NCBI GenBank assembly: GCA_964482965.1
Contig: CAYZZP010000014.1
Coordinates: forward strand, 552 to 64,551
Reading direction: 5' to 3'
Length of the DNA stretch: 64,000 nucleotides
Source: an uncultured Lachnospira sp.
GTDB lineage: Bacteria > Bacillota > Clostridia > Lachnospirales > Lachnospiraceae
Each line of letters begins with the position of its first letter. Position 1 is the first letter of the stretch. This document shows, in pieces, positions 10,011 to 18,532 of the stretch. A program made the position numbers and the translations under genes. The notes beneath the pieces were generated by a model. That model saw nothing but the letters and a program-made list of their open reading frames with translations, did not search any database and was not told the DNA's origin.

Positions 10011-10562
10011 ATGCAATCAAATACAGAAGCTGCAACAAGAGTTACAAAAATGTGTCTTTCGGCAATGTTTATTGCTATAGGTTGGATTTTGCCGCTTTTA
10101 TCGGGGCAAAACCAGGAGCTTGGAAATATGTTGTGTCTTATGCATATTCCTGTTCTGGTGGCAGGTTTTATATTGGGACCGCAGTATGGCATTATGGTAG
10201 GAGCGGTAACCCCAATTACAAGATTTTTGATTTTCGGCAGACCGCCAATATATCCAACCGGAGTATGTATGGCATTTGAGCTGGCTGCCTATGGCTTTTT
10301 AAGTGGATTTATTTATAAGCTTCTTGTAAAAAGAAATATGAACGAGATGTTTTCCATATATGCAGCGCTTATAGCTGCAATGATAGGAGGAAGGCTTGTA
10401 TGGGGTATCTCGCGTACAGTATGTGGTATTGTGTCACAAAGCTCATTTACTTGGAAAGCGTTTATAACAGCAGGCTTTGTTACAGCAATTCCCGGAATAC
10501 TTATACAACTGTTTCTGATACCGGCGCTTATAATGCTTCTTAACAAGGTTAAGAAAATATAG
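10011..10562 (+). CDS. ECF transporter S-component
   Basis: MHIPVLVAGFILGPQYG, MAFELAAYG, PGILIQLFLIP; about 6 TM segments. Confidence 0.85.
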   Translation: MQSNTEAATRVTKMCLSAMFIAIGWILPLLSGQNQELGNMLCLMHIPVLVAGFILGPQYGIMVGAVTPITRFLIFGRPPIYPTGVCMAFELAAYGFLSGFIYKLLVKRNMNEMFSIYAALIAAMIGGRLVWGISRTVCGIVSQSSFTWKAFITAGFVTAIPGILIQLFLIPALIMLLNKVKKI

Positions 10563-10591
10563 TTTTTGCGAAATGCACATTAGGATTATAA

Positions 10592-11305
10592 TTGAGTATG
10601 AAATGCAATGATTTGGAAGAATTAAGAAGGCTGATAGCAGAGCGGATATTCATGCAGGCTAAGTTGAGCAATTCTCTAAGACAGGAAAAAGTAATGAATT
10701 GTTCAATAAATGCGGCGGTGTTTGACAAGCCGTTTATAATAGCTATGGATGGTATGAGTGCGGCCCTTAAAACGACGGCGGCTGAATGTCTGGCGATTGA
10801 TTATGACGGAGCTGTAATTCACTGCGACGATTTTTTCCTGCCAAAAGAACTCAGAACTCCGGAACGTCTGGCAGAGCCGGGAGGCAATATTCATTATGAG
10901 AGAATGAAGACGGAGGTTATCGGCAAATTGCCGGACAAGCTTGAATCTTACACAAGCTTCGATTGTTCAAGTATGGACTATAACGGCAGAATAGAAGTTC
11001 CAAGAAAGAATATTTATATAGTGGAGGGCGCATATGCAATGCACCCGCATTTTGGCAAATATTATGACATATCAATATTTATGGAGGTGTCAGAGGAGGA
11101 ACAGATAAAGAGAATTAAACTTAGAAACAAAGATACGGAGGCATTTGTCAATAGGTGGATACCTATGGAAAAAATGTACAACCAAAGCTTCAAAATAGAA
11201 AAAAATTCGGATATAATTGTGGACACAACGGATTGGAGGAAATATGAAATCAAAAGTATATTTTACAAGGAACATAACACCGGAAAAGGTATTAGAGTTG
11301 TATAA
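10592..11305 (+). CDS. Uridine-kinase-like P-loop protein with atypical Walker A
   Basis: IIAMDGMSAALKTT, IHCDDFF, IVEGAY, RWIPMEKMY. Confidence 0.75.
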   Translation: MSMKCNDLEELRRLIAERIFMQAKLSNSLRQEKVMNCSINAAVFDKPFIIAMDGMSAALKTTAAECLAIDYDGAVIHCDDFFLPKELRTPERLAEPGGNIHYERMKTEVIGKLPDKLESYTSFDCSSMDYNGRIEVPRKNIYIVEGAYAMHPHFGKYYDISIFMEVSEEEQIKRIKLRNKDTEAFVNRWIPMEKMYNQSFKIEKNSDIIVDTTDWRKYEIKSIFYKEHNTGKGIRVV

Positions 11306-12110
11306 AATGCTTGGTAAGGAGCTTATGGGAAATGTGGCAATAAAGCTTCATTCGGGAGAGGCCGGAAACCAGAACTTTTTAAAGCCGGATTTTTGGAAGC
11401 CGATTATAGATTACGTCGGCGGTACTGTAGTAGAGTGCAATACGGCTTATGAAGGTCAGAGGAATACTACAGAGAAGCATTTAAAACTTTTGGAGCAGCA
11501 TGAGTGGAATAAATATTTTGACGTGGAGCTGCTTGATGCGGAGGGACCTGACAAAAAGCTGGAGATACCAAACGGAAAGGTTATAAAGGAAAATTATGTG
11601 GGCAAGGCGATTGAAAAATATAATTCTATGTTAGTGCTGTCACATTTTAAGGGGCATCCTATGGGCGGCTATGGCGGAGCGCTGAAGCAGTTGTCAATCG
11701 GAGTTGCATCGTCATATGGAAAGGCATATATACATGGAGCAGGCAATGTTGAAAAAATCTGGACTGCTGACCACGATATGTTCCTTAAATCAATGGCAGA
11801 CGCCGCAAGCTCAGTGGTTGAATATTTTAAAGGAAATACAGCCTATATAAATGTTATGAAAAATATGTCCGTAGACTGCGACTGCTGTGCGGTAGCCGAG
11901 GATCCTTGCATGCAGGATATAGGCGTGCTGGCTTCACTTGATCCTATAGCCATAGATCAGGCATGTCTCGACCTTGTGTATGCTTCTGACGATCCGGGAA
12001 GGGATCATCTTATAGAGCGAATTGAGTCAAGAAACGGCGTGCTTACAGTAGAGGCAGCGGCAGAGCTTGGATTTGGAACAAGGGAGTATGAGCTTGTAGA
12101 GGTGCTGTAA
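11244..12110 (+). CDS. DUF362-family Fe-S protein
   Basis: AIKLHSGE, LSHFKGHPMGGYGGALK, DCDCC, ASLDPIAIDQAC; GGAGG RBS before ATG 11244. Confidence 0.85.
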   Translation: MKSKVYFTRNITPEKVLELYKMLGKELMGNVAIKLHSGEAGNQNFLKPDFWKPIIDYVGGTVVECNTAYEGQRNTTEKHLKLLEQHEWNKYFDVELLDAEGPDKKLEIPNGKVIKENYVGKAIEKYNSMLVLSHFKGHPMGGYGGALKQLSIGVASSYGKAYIHGAGNVEKIWTADHDMFLKSMADAASSVVEYFKGNTAYINVMKNMSVDCDCCAVAEDPCMQDIGVLASLDPIAIDQACLDLVYASDDPGRDHLIERIESRNGVLTVEAAAELGFGTREYELVEVL

Positions 12111-12178
12111 TTGTTGAGGTGCTGTAATTGTGGAGATGATGTAATTATAGAAGCGCTACAATTATAGAAATGCTATGA
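12094..12178 (+). repeat. Five tandem, progressively diverged 17-bp copies of the DUF362 gene 3' end
   Basis: TTGTAGAGGTGCTGTAA / TTGTTGAGGTGCTGTAA / TTGTGGAGATGATGTAA / TTATAGAAGCGCTACAA / TTATAGAAATGCTATGA. Confidence 0.85.
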
Positions 12179-12849
12179 GGGGTGAAACGAATCAAAATCA
12201 AAGGAAAAATTTAATTATGGGATTGTTAAAAAAGAACAAAGAGAAAAAAGAAAGCAAAGAGAAAATTACTCCGGATATGGCTGGCTACAGACCGGAAAAA
12301 GGCTGGTGGCCGGACTTAACCGAATATCGAAAAGCAATGCTTTTACATAATATTACTTTTGCCGAGCTGGATACACTTTTGAAAGAATATGGAACAATAT
12401 CGTCGGGAGACAAAAAGCAGATTGTATGTGATTTCTTTTATACATCTATACCTGACGATAATTCGTGGGTTTATTTAGAGTTCCCTAATTTTGAAAATGT
12501 TCCGCATTATTTGAATTTGTGGCATTATCAAAATCTTTTGATTTGGCTTACTGAAAAAACAGATAAGGAATTTTGTCTTGCAATTCCTAAAAATCAGAAT
12601 TGTCCGCTATTTTTATCAACAGTAGACAGGAAAAATCCAAGAGGCGATTCGTGTGCCGGAATCTACGCAGACAGAGATTTTTATTTTGAGATTCCGGGAA
12701 ATATATTTGAATGGGGACCTGTGCCATCATCGGCTTTTAATTATGTGGCGTTTTTAGATGGGGCTTTCCAATTTGATACGCAATGGATACCAAAAGTTTC
12801 CCGGTGTGGATGGAGCAAAACTCAGGTTACGCTAACCGTTCCGGAATAA
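12175..12849 (+). CDS. Hypothetical protein (likely start 12217, MGLLKK)
   Basis: 224-aa ORF, AAGGA before ATG 12217; no recognisable motif. Confidence 0.7.
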   Translation: MRGETNQNQRKNLIMGLLKKNKEKKESKEKITPDMAGYRPEKGWWPDLTEYRKAMLLHNITFAELDTLLKEYGTISSGDKKQIVCDFFYTSIPDDNSWVYLEFPNFENVPHYLNLWHYQNLLIWLTEKTDKEFCLAIPKNQNCPLFLSTVDRKNPRGDSCAGIYADRDFYFEIPGNIFEWGPVPSSAFNYVAFLDGAFQFDTQWIPKVSRCGWSKTQVTLTVPE

Positions 12850-12935
12850 TGTTGTGCTTAATAGTGTTTGAAAAAATTCTAATAAAATGAATTTGTAAAA
12901 GGGCGGAAAAGTATATTTTTGAAGAACATATACGT

Positions 12936-13136
12936 TTGGTGAAGGTTATGAAAACAGAGCAGATACTGGCGGAACTAAACGAATTAATTGGTAACTATGA
13001 AAAGAAGCCGGAGCTTCAATTATATATTTCAGACTGTGGCAGAGCGGGCGATTATTTTCTGGTTGCGGAAGTGAATGGTGAAAAGAATTATGGCGTTGTG
13101 GGCGCTGTATTGGTTCGCATAATGCTTATGATATAG
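12936..13136 (+). CDS. Small hypothetical protein or gene fragment
   Basis: 66-aa ORF; GAAGG before an internal ATG (MKTEQ). Confidence 0.4.
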   Translation: MVKVMKTEQILAELNELIGNYEKKPELQLYISDCGRAGDYFLVAEVNGEKNYGVVGAVLVRIMLMI

Positions 13137-13236
13137 AAAGTCGATTGAATATTTTCAAATCCTTTAAGGAAGAATGATAATGTGCTAATGTATGCAGCCG
13201 AAGAACTATAAATAGAAAGATAAAAGGAGAATAATT

Positions 13237-13548
13237 ATGGCAGTAACAGTTATTACAAAGAACAATTTTAAAAATGAGGTTATGGAGAGCAATACTCCTG
13301 TACTTATTGATTTTTGGGCGGCGTGGTGCGGACCATGCCAGATGCTTTCGCCAATAGTTGACGAAATTGCAGAGGAGTATTCAAGCATAAAGGTATGCAA
13401 GGTCAATACTTCTGTGGAGATGGAGCTTGCGCAGCAGTTTATGGTTACTAGCATACCAACTCTTCTTCTTATACAGGACGGCAAGATAATAAAGACGCTT
13501 GTTGGCTACAGGACTAAGGAGGAGCTTGTCAGCGAGCTTGGTCTCTAA
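13237..13548 (+). CDS. trxA: Thioredoxin
   Basis: DFWAAWCGPCQML; AAGGAG RBS. Confidence 0.95.
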   Translation: MAVTVITKNNFKNEVMESNTPVLIDFWAAWCGPCQMLSPIVDEIAEEYSSIKVCKVNTSVEMELAQQFMVTSIPTLLLIQDGKIIKTLVGYRTKEELVSELGL

Positions 13549-14362
13549 AAGAAGGCGTATTTTCGGCATTCATATACTTTCTGAAGCGCAGCGGCATAAG
13601 ACTGCGCTGGAGTTTAGGGTTAATACGTTCTTCAATGGCAATAGTATCAAAGAAACGTTTCCAAAGAGCTTGAAAATCAGTCTCTTTTTTGGACAAGCCT
13701 GAAAAGTTTAAAAGGTCGGTTTCAGTTATCTGGTCTGTGAAAGCATATCCCTTGTACGCAACATGTACAGCGGATATGCTTCTTTTTGTGTCAAGAATAA
13801 TCCAGTGTTCGTTGTGCATACGGTCTGCAAAATAGTCTGTAATGAGCGGGACAATATTATATTTTGGTTCAATGCGCCCTGCAAGAACGCCGTTTTCCAA
13901 TTCTTCAAAACGTATAAATTCCCTGTAGTGTCCGGCCTCATTGCCTACTGCACGCCTCAGCTTGTATATGCGGTTGACATCATCATCCTGCAGCTTGTTC
14001 ATAATGGTACTGCCGCATTTAAAGGCTTTCTGCAGGAAATGATAAATATAGGATGCCTTGTTTTCATCATCGGAAAGGCAGGCATAGTAAACATTTATGT
14101 AGACTTCAAAGGACAATTTCCGCAGTATTGAGGAAGCGACCTTTTCGGACAGAGCCTTGTCAATCTCAACTTCAATATAATCTTCAAAAAAAGAAAATGA
14201 GGAATTGTCTCTGACTCGTACATCAGTGTGAGAAGTACCGGCTTCCCAAGCCTTATATATGGCTGTAAATATACCCTCAACAGAATCGTCGCAAAGATAG
14301 ATAGTTGTGTTTGAGGGGGAGTTGGTACCGTTAGTTGAAGCTATAATATGCGAGTTGTCCAT
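13529..14362 (-). CDS. TIGR03915/DUF4130 putative DNA metabolism protein (start reassigned to 14362)
   Basis: YLCDDSVEGIFTAIY, EFIRFEEL, YFADRM, LWKRFFDTIAIEERINPKLQRSLMP; AAAGGA RBS before MDNSH. Confidence 0.85.
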   Translation of the reverse strand: MDNSHIIASTNGTNSPSNTTIYLCDDSVEGIFTAIYKAWEAGTSHTDVRVRDNSSFSFFEDYIEVEIDKALSEKVASSILRKLSFEVYINVYYACLSDDENKASYIYHFLQKAFKCGSTIMNKLQDDDVNRIYKLRRAVGNEAGHYREFIRFEELENGVLAGRIEPKYNIVPLITDYFADRMHNEHWIILDTKRSISAVHVAYKGYAFTDQITETDLLNFSGLSKKETDFQALWKRFFDTIAIEERINPKLQRSLMPLRFRKYMNAENTPSFRDQAR

Positions 14363-14429
14363 AGATCTGTGTCCTTTCTGTAACATGCACCGGGTTTGTG
14401 GGATATGTTTTGCTGAGGTATGTTTAAAT

Positions 14430-15962
14430 TTACATGATAGCACCGGATTGCGTGCCAAAATTGCAGTCGTCAAATAATGACAGTTGTTTATAGCTGTTGT
14501 GCTGTTCAATTTCAAATATTTTGCGCCGGTCATCTCCAATAAGGGCATTGGCAATGTAATCCTGTTCAATCTTTACAGGATACATCATACGTCCGCTGCA
14601 GGTTATAAAATAGAGGGCGCGTTTAAGAACAACGCCGAGCTTTTTTAAATCGTCAAAATTCAGTGCAGCCATGCGTCTGGCATTGACTATGCGTTTGGCT
14701 GATTTAACACCGATTCCGGGAACTCTCAGAAGCATATTATAGTCAGCGCGGTTAATCTCTACAGGAAAAAGTTCAAGGTGCTGTATTGCCCAGTCGCATT
14801 TTGGGTCTAGGAGTACGTTAAAATTTGGATGAGCCTCAGAAAGAAGCTCGCCTGATGTAAAACCATAAAAACGCAAAAGCCAGTCTGCCTGATAAAGCCG
14901 GTGTTCACGAAGCAGGGGAACACCTTTTCCATCTTCCTGCAAAGGAAGCGAAGAGTCTTTATTTACGTTAATAAATGCAGAATAAAATACACGCTTCAGA
15001 TTGTAATTATTATATAGGGCTTCAGCTACAGTTACGATATGATAATCAGTCTCAGGTGTGGCACCTATAATCATCTGAGTGCTTTGCCCTGCCGGAACAA
15101 AATACTTGTTATGGCGGGATATGGAAAGGTGGGACTCGGAGGGGTGCCCTAAAATTTTGCCGTTAGGCGAAGGCAGTCTGTCCGTTGTAATACCGCTAGG
15201 GGAATGCATTCTGTCGTCCGTAATTCCGCTGGAAGTTTTGCCGAAAAAATCCCGGTTGTCAGAGCTGTTGTAAAAATTGCCGGCAAAATTATTGCTGTAA
15301 TTATTTGAGGTACTTTCGGCCGTTTCAATTCTATAAGGCATACTGTTACTCAGAATGCCTTTTTGAATCTGCCTCATAGGAGTTAAAATATTTTTCCTCG
15401 ACTTGTGGGGCGCAAGCTTTTTCAGTGAATCTGCGGTTGGAAGCTCCAGGTTAATACTCATACGGTCAACATACCAGCCGAGGGTTTCAATTAGGTCTGC
15501 TGACGCGCCGGGGATTCCTTTCATATGAATGTATCCGCCGAAATTGTATTTTGTGCGAAGGAGAATGGCAGTTTCGGTCATAAGCTTCATGGTGTGGTCG
15601 GGGCTTTGGATAATACCTGAGCTTAAGAAAAGCCCTTCTATATAGTTGCGGCGGTAAAATTCAATGGTGAGAGTGCAGATTTCTTCAGGGGTAAACGTAG
15701 TGCGTACAACGTCGTTGGAAGAACGGTTGATGCAGTACTTACAGTCAAATATGCACTCGTTGGTCATAAGGATTTTCAGCAGGGAAATACATCTGCCGTC
15801 GGCGGCGAAGCTGTGGCAGATACCACAGGATACAGTGTTGCCGATACCCTTGCTGTTGTTATGTCTGTCAACACCGCTGGAGGTACAGGCAGCATCGTAC
15901 TTAGCGGCATCTGAAAGAATAGTTAATTTATCCATAAGGCTCATATCATTTTGAATAATCAT
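14430..15962 (-). CDS. TIGR03916 putative DNA modification/repair radical SAM protein with C-terminal HhH
   Basis: AAKYDAACTSSG, CIFDCKYC (CxxxCxxC), PAGQSTQMIIGA, REHRLYQADWLLRFYGF, LLRVPGIG. Confidence 0.92.
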   Translation of the reverse strand: MIIQNDMSLMDKLTILSDAAKYDAACTSSGVDRHNNSKGIGNTVSCGICHSFAADGRCISLLKILMTNECIFDCKYCINRSSNDVVRTTFTPEEICTLTIEFYRRNYIEGLFLSSGIIQSPDHTMKLMTETAILLRTKYNFGGYIHMKGIPGASADLIETLGWYVDRMSINLELPTADSLKKLAPHKSRKNILTPMRQIQKGILSNSMPYRIETAESTSNNYSNNFAGNFYNSSDNRDFFGKTSSGITDDRMHSPSGITTDRLPSPNGKILGHPSESHLSISRHNKYFVPAGQSTQMIIGATPETDYHIVTVAEALYNNYNLKRVFYSAFINVNKDSSLPLQEDGKGVPLLREHRLYQADWLLRFYGFTSGELLSEAHPNFNVLLDPKCDWAIQHLELFPVEINRADYNMLLRVPGIGVKSAKRIVNARRMAALNFDDLKKLGVVLKRALYFITCSGRMMYPVKIEQDYIANALIGDDRRKIFEIEQHNSYKQLSLFDDCNFGTQSGAIM

Positions 15963-16071
15963 AGCGGTACTCCAATCTGCTTCAACATAAATATGACTGA
16001 TAGCCCTTACACCCGGTAAGGAATTATCTGTCTTCCTGATAAAATGATGACAATGTGATTATTCACAACGC

Positions 16072-16118
16072 CGAACATTTGTTTTATTAATAATAACATA
16101 CAAACATTTGTTCGTAAA
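16072..16118 (-). promoter_or_regulatory. SigA promoter overlapped by two LexA/DinR (Cheo)-like boxes
   Basis: Minus strand TTTACG-17-TATTAT with extended TG; CGAACATTTGTTTT (16072-16085) and CAAACATTTGTTCG (16101-16114). Confidence 0.75.
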
Positions 16119-16378
16119 GACTTTTTTAATATAAGTATGCTCAATCCCAAATGACAAGTTCTTATTTTTTTCAAAATTGCATAAGGAGCAACATATTTTT
16201 TGAACTGCATTTTGGCAAGTGGTTGAGAAAATTGTATTCTGCAAATATAACTGGAAAATAAATGCCTGTAATGATATAATTAGCGAAAGTAAGCTGAAGC
16301 GGGCAGAGAAATGTGTTTGCAGGCTGCATTTAATATGGTTATTGATTTAAAATGAAAAATAAATTACAGGAGATTGGT

Positions 16379-17662
16379 ATGGAAAATAAAGTTATTAAGG
16401 CGGCAATACTTGGCGCCGGAACAGTAGGAACAGGTGTGTACAAGCTTGCAAAGTCTATGGAAGATGAAATGGAAAATAAGACAGGAGCAAGATTAGAGAT
16501 AAAGAAGGTGCTTGTCAGAAATCTCAACAAGACAAGAGAGGGTATAGATTCTGCATTGCTTACAGATAAATGGGAAGATATTATCGGAGATGAAGATATT
16601 GACATTGTTATAGAGCTTATGGGCGGAACAAAGCCTGCGAAAAAATATGTTATAGAGGCTCTTAGCGCAGGAAAACAGGTTGTTACAGCCAATAAGGATT
16701 TGCTTGCGGAGTGCGGCGCTGAGGTTATGGGCGCGGCCGGCAGGGCGGGCTGTGATTTGCAGTTTGAGGCGGCTGTGGCTGGAGCTATTCCAATTATAAG
16801 ACCGTTGAAGCAGAGTATGGCTGGAAATCACATTTCTGAGGTAATGGGAATTGTAAATGGCACGACCAACTACATACTTACAAAAATGACAGAGAGCGGT
16901 ATGGATTATTCACATGCGCTTGCAAAGGCTACTGAACTTGGTTATGCAGAGGCAGACCCTACAGCGGATGTTGAGGGCTATGACGCAGGGCGAAAAATTG
17001 CAATTATGGCGTCGCTGGCATTTAACTCAAGAGTTACATTTTCACAGGTTTATACGGAGGGCATAACTAAAATTACTGCTGACGATATACGTTACGCTAA
17101 GGAATTTGGTTATGTAATCAAGCTGCTCGGCGTTGCAAGAAATACGCCTGAAGGTATCGAGGTCAAGGTACATCCTATGCTTATTGAGGAAAGCCATCCT
17201 CTTGCCGGGGTCAGAGACGCATTTAACGCGGTATTTGTGCATGCGGATGCTATGGACGACGCTATGTTTATGGGCAGAGGCGCAGGACAGCTTCCGACAG
17301 CCAGCGCGGTAATGGGCGACGTGGTTGACGTTATGCGGAATATTGTTCATGGTTGCTGCGGCAGGGTCGGCTGCAGCTGTTATAAGGAGCTTAAGGTTAA
17401 AAATATTGAGGATACAAGCAGCAAATTTTTTATGCGTATCAAGGCAGCAGATAAGCCGGGTGTTCTTGCAAACATTTCAAGCGTTCTTGGCAACAATGAC
17501 GTATGTATTGCTCAGGTTGTGCAGAAGAGCCGTAAGAACGGAATAGCAGAGCTGGTTATTATCACAGACGAGGTTGAGGAGCGCAATTTTAACGACGCAT
17601 TGTCAATTTTTAAGGGAATGTCTGTTGTGAAAGAAATTGCCGGAATAATAAGAGTTTATTAG
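16379..17662 (+). CDS. hom: Homoserine dehydrogenase with ACT domain
   Basis: GAGTVGTG, VVTANK, FEAAVAGAIP, GYAEADPTADVEGYD, C-terminal ACT (DKPGVLANIS); AGGAG before ATG 16379. Confidence 0.95.
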   Translation: MENKVIKAAILGAGTVGTGVYKLAKSMEDEMENKTGARLEIKKVLVRNLNKTREGIDSALLTDKWEDIIGDEDIDIVIELMGGTKPAKKYVIEALSAGKQVVTANKDLLAECGAEVMGAAGRAGCDLQFEAAVAGAIPIIRPLKQSMAGNHISEVMGIVNGTTNYILTKMTESGMDYSHALAKATELGYAEADPTADVEGYDAGRKIAIMASLAFNSRVTFSQVYTEGITKITADDIRYAKEFGYVIKLLGVARNTPEGIEVKVHPMLIEESHPLAGVRDAFNAVFVHADAMDDAMFMGRGAGQLPTASAVMGDVVDVMRNIVHGCCGRVGCSCYKELKVKNIEDTSSKFFMRIKAADKPGVLANISSVLGNNDVCIAQVVQKSRKNGIAELVIITDEVEERNFNDALSIFKGMSVVKEIAGIIRVY

Positions 17663-17683
17663 ATTTTAGCAGAGGGAGTATAA

Positions 17684-18355
17684 ATGGCGGCAAAATTTTA
17701 TGCAGTTAGAAATGGAATTAAACCGGGAATATACAGAACATGGGACGAGTGCAGGGCTATGGTTCATGGCGTGTCGGGGGCGGAATACAAGAGCTTTCCA
17801 ACCCTTGCGGAGGCGCAGGCTTACATGGATAGAAATGTAAATACTCAGGCTTACATAGAAAGAGATGCAAATGCGCAGGCTTACATGGCAAAAGATGAAA
17901 ATATGCAGGCTACAGTAGAAGGAAAGGAAAGTGCTAAATCAGGGGCATTTTCATTTGTGGATGGTTCTTTTAACGCGGCTACCGGAGTTTACGGTTACGG
18001 CGGATTTGTACAGTATGGAGAATTTCGTGAAGTTATAAGCGGCTGTGGAAATGACGCTGAAATGGCGTCCATGCGCAATGTGGCAGGTGAAGTTCTCGGA
18101 AGCATGGCAGCTATAGAAAAAGCTATAGAATTAGGGCTTACGTCTCTTGACATATATTATGATTACAGCGGAATTGAAATGTGGGCTGTGGGAGAGTGGA
18201 AACGCAATAAAAAAGGTACTGTTGCCTATTATGAATATGTACAGTCAGTGAAGGACAAAATTAAACTTAATTTTGTGAAAGTGAAAGGACATTCAGGAGT
18301 AGAGGGCAACGAGGAGGCTGACCGTCTGGCGAAGCAGGCAGTGGGACTGCTGTAA
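17684..18355 (+). CDS. rnhA: Ribonuclease HI with N-terminal hybrid-binding (viroplasmin-like) domain
   Basis: KFYAVRNGIKPGIYRTWDEC; FVDGS, RNVAGE, YYDY, KVKGHSGVEGNEEADRLAK. Confidence 0.92.
   Translation: MAAKFYAVRNGIKPGIYRTWDECRAMVHGVSGAEYKSFPTLAEAQAYMDRNVNTQAYIERDANAQAYMAKDENMQATVEGKESAKSGAFSFVDGSFNAATGVYGYGGFVQYGEFREVISGCGNDAEMASMRNVAGEVLGSMAAIEKAIELGLTSLDIYYDYSGIEMWAVGEWKRNKKGTVAYYEYVQSVKDKIKLNFVKVKGHSGVEGNEEADRLAKQAVGLL
17813..17911 (+). repeat. About 3.3 copies of a 30-bp in-frame repeat in the RNase HI linker
   Basis: AQAYMDRNVN / TQAYIERDAN / AQAYMAKDEN / MQA; CAGGCT recurs every 30 bp. Confidence 0.85.
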
Positions 18356-18482
18356 TGCAAGGATAAAGTGCTACGAATAAGAAGGATTTCAAAATGTATT
18401 AAATCTTAGCTATATGAACCCGCTGAAGCCGAAAGGTTTGCCTGGAAAATTTGGAAAGAAATTAATATCCGTATGTTACAGA

Positions 18483-18520
18483 AATGTGCAGAACCTAAAA
18501 AATAATCGGTTCTGCACATT
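18483..18520. terminator. Bidirectional terminator between convergent rnhA and the symporter
   Basis: AATGTGCAGAACC...GGTTCTGCACATT, 13-bp perfect stem. Confidence 0.75.
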
Positions 18521-18532
18521 AATAACGCTGTT

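Noticed and set aside
12094-12178. Possible CRISPR array
   Set aside because: Units are 17 bp, directly adjacent, with no spacers and no cas genes
14363-14569. N-terminal extension of the DUF4130 ORF
   Set aside because: Overlaps the radical SAM gene; the RBS supports a start at 14362
15120-15340. Intein in the radical SAM protein
   Set aside because: No splice-junction motifs; low-complexity repeat instead
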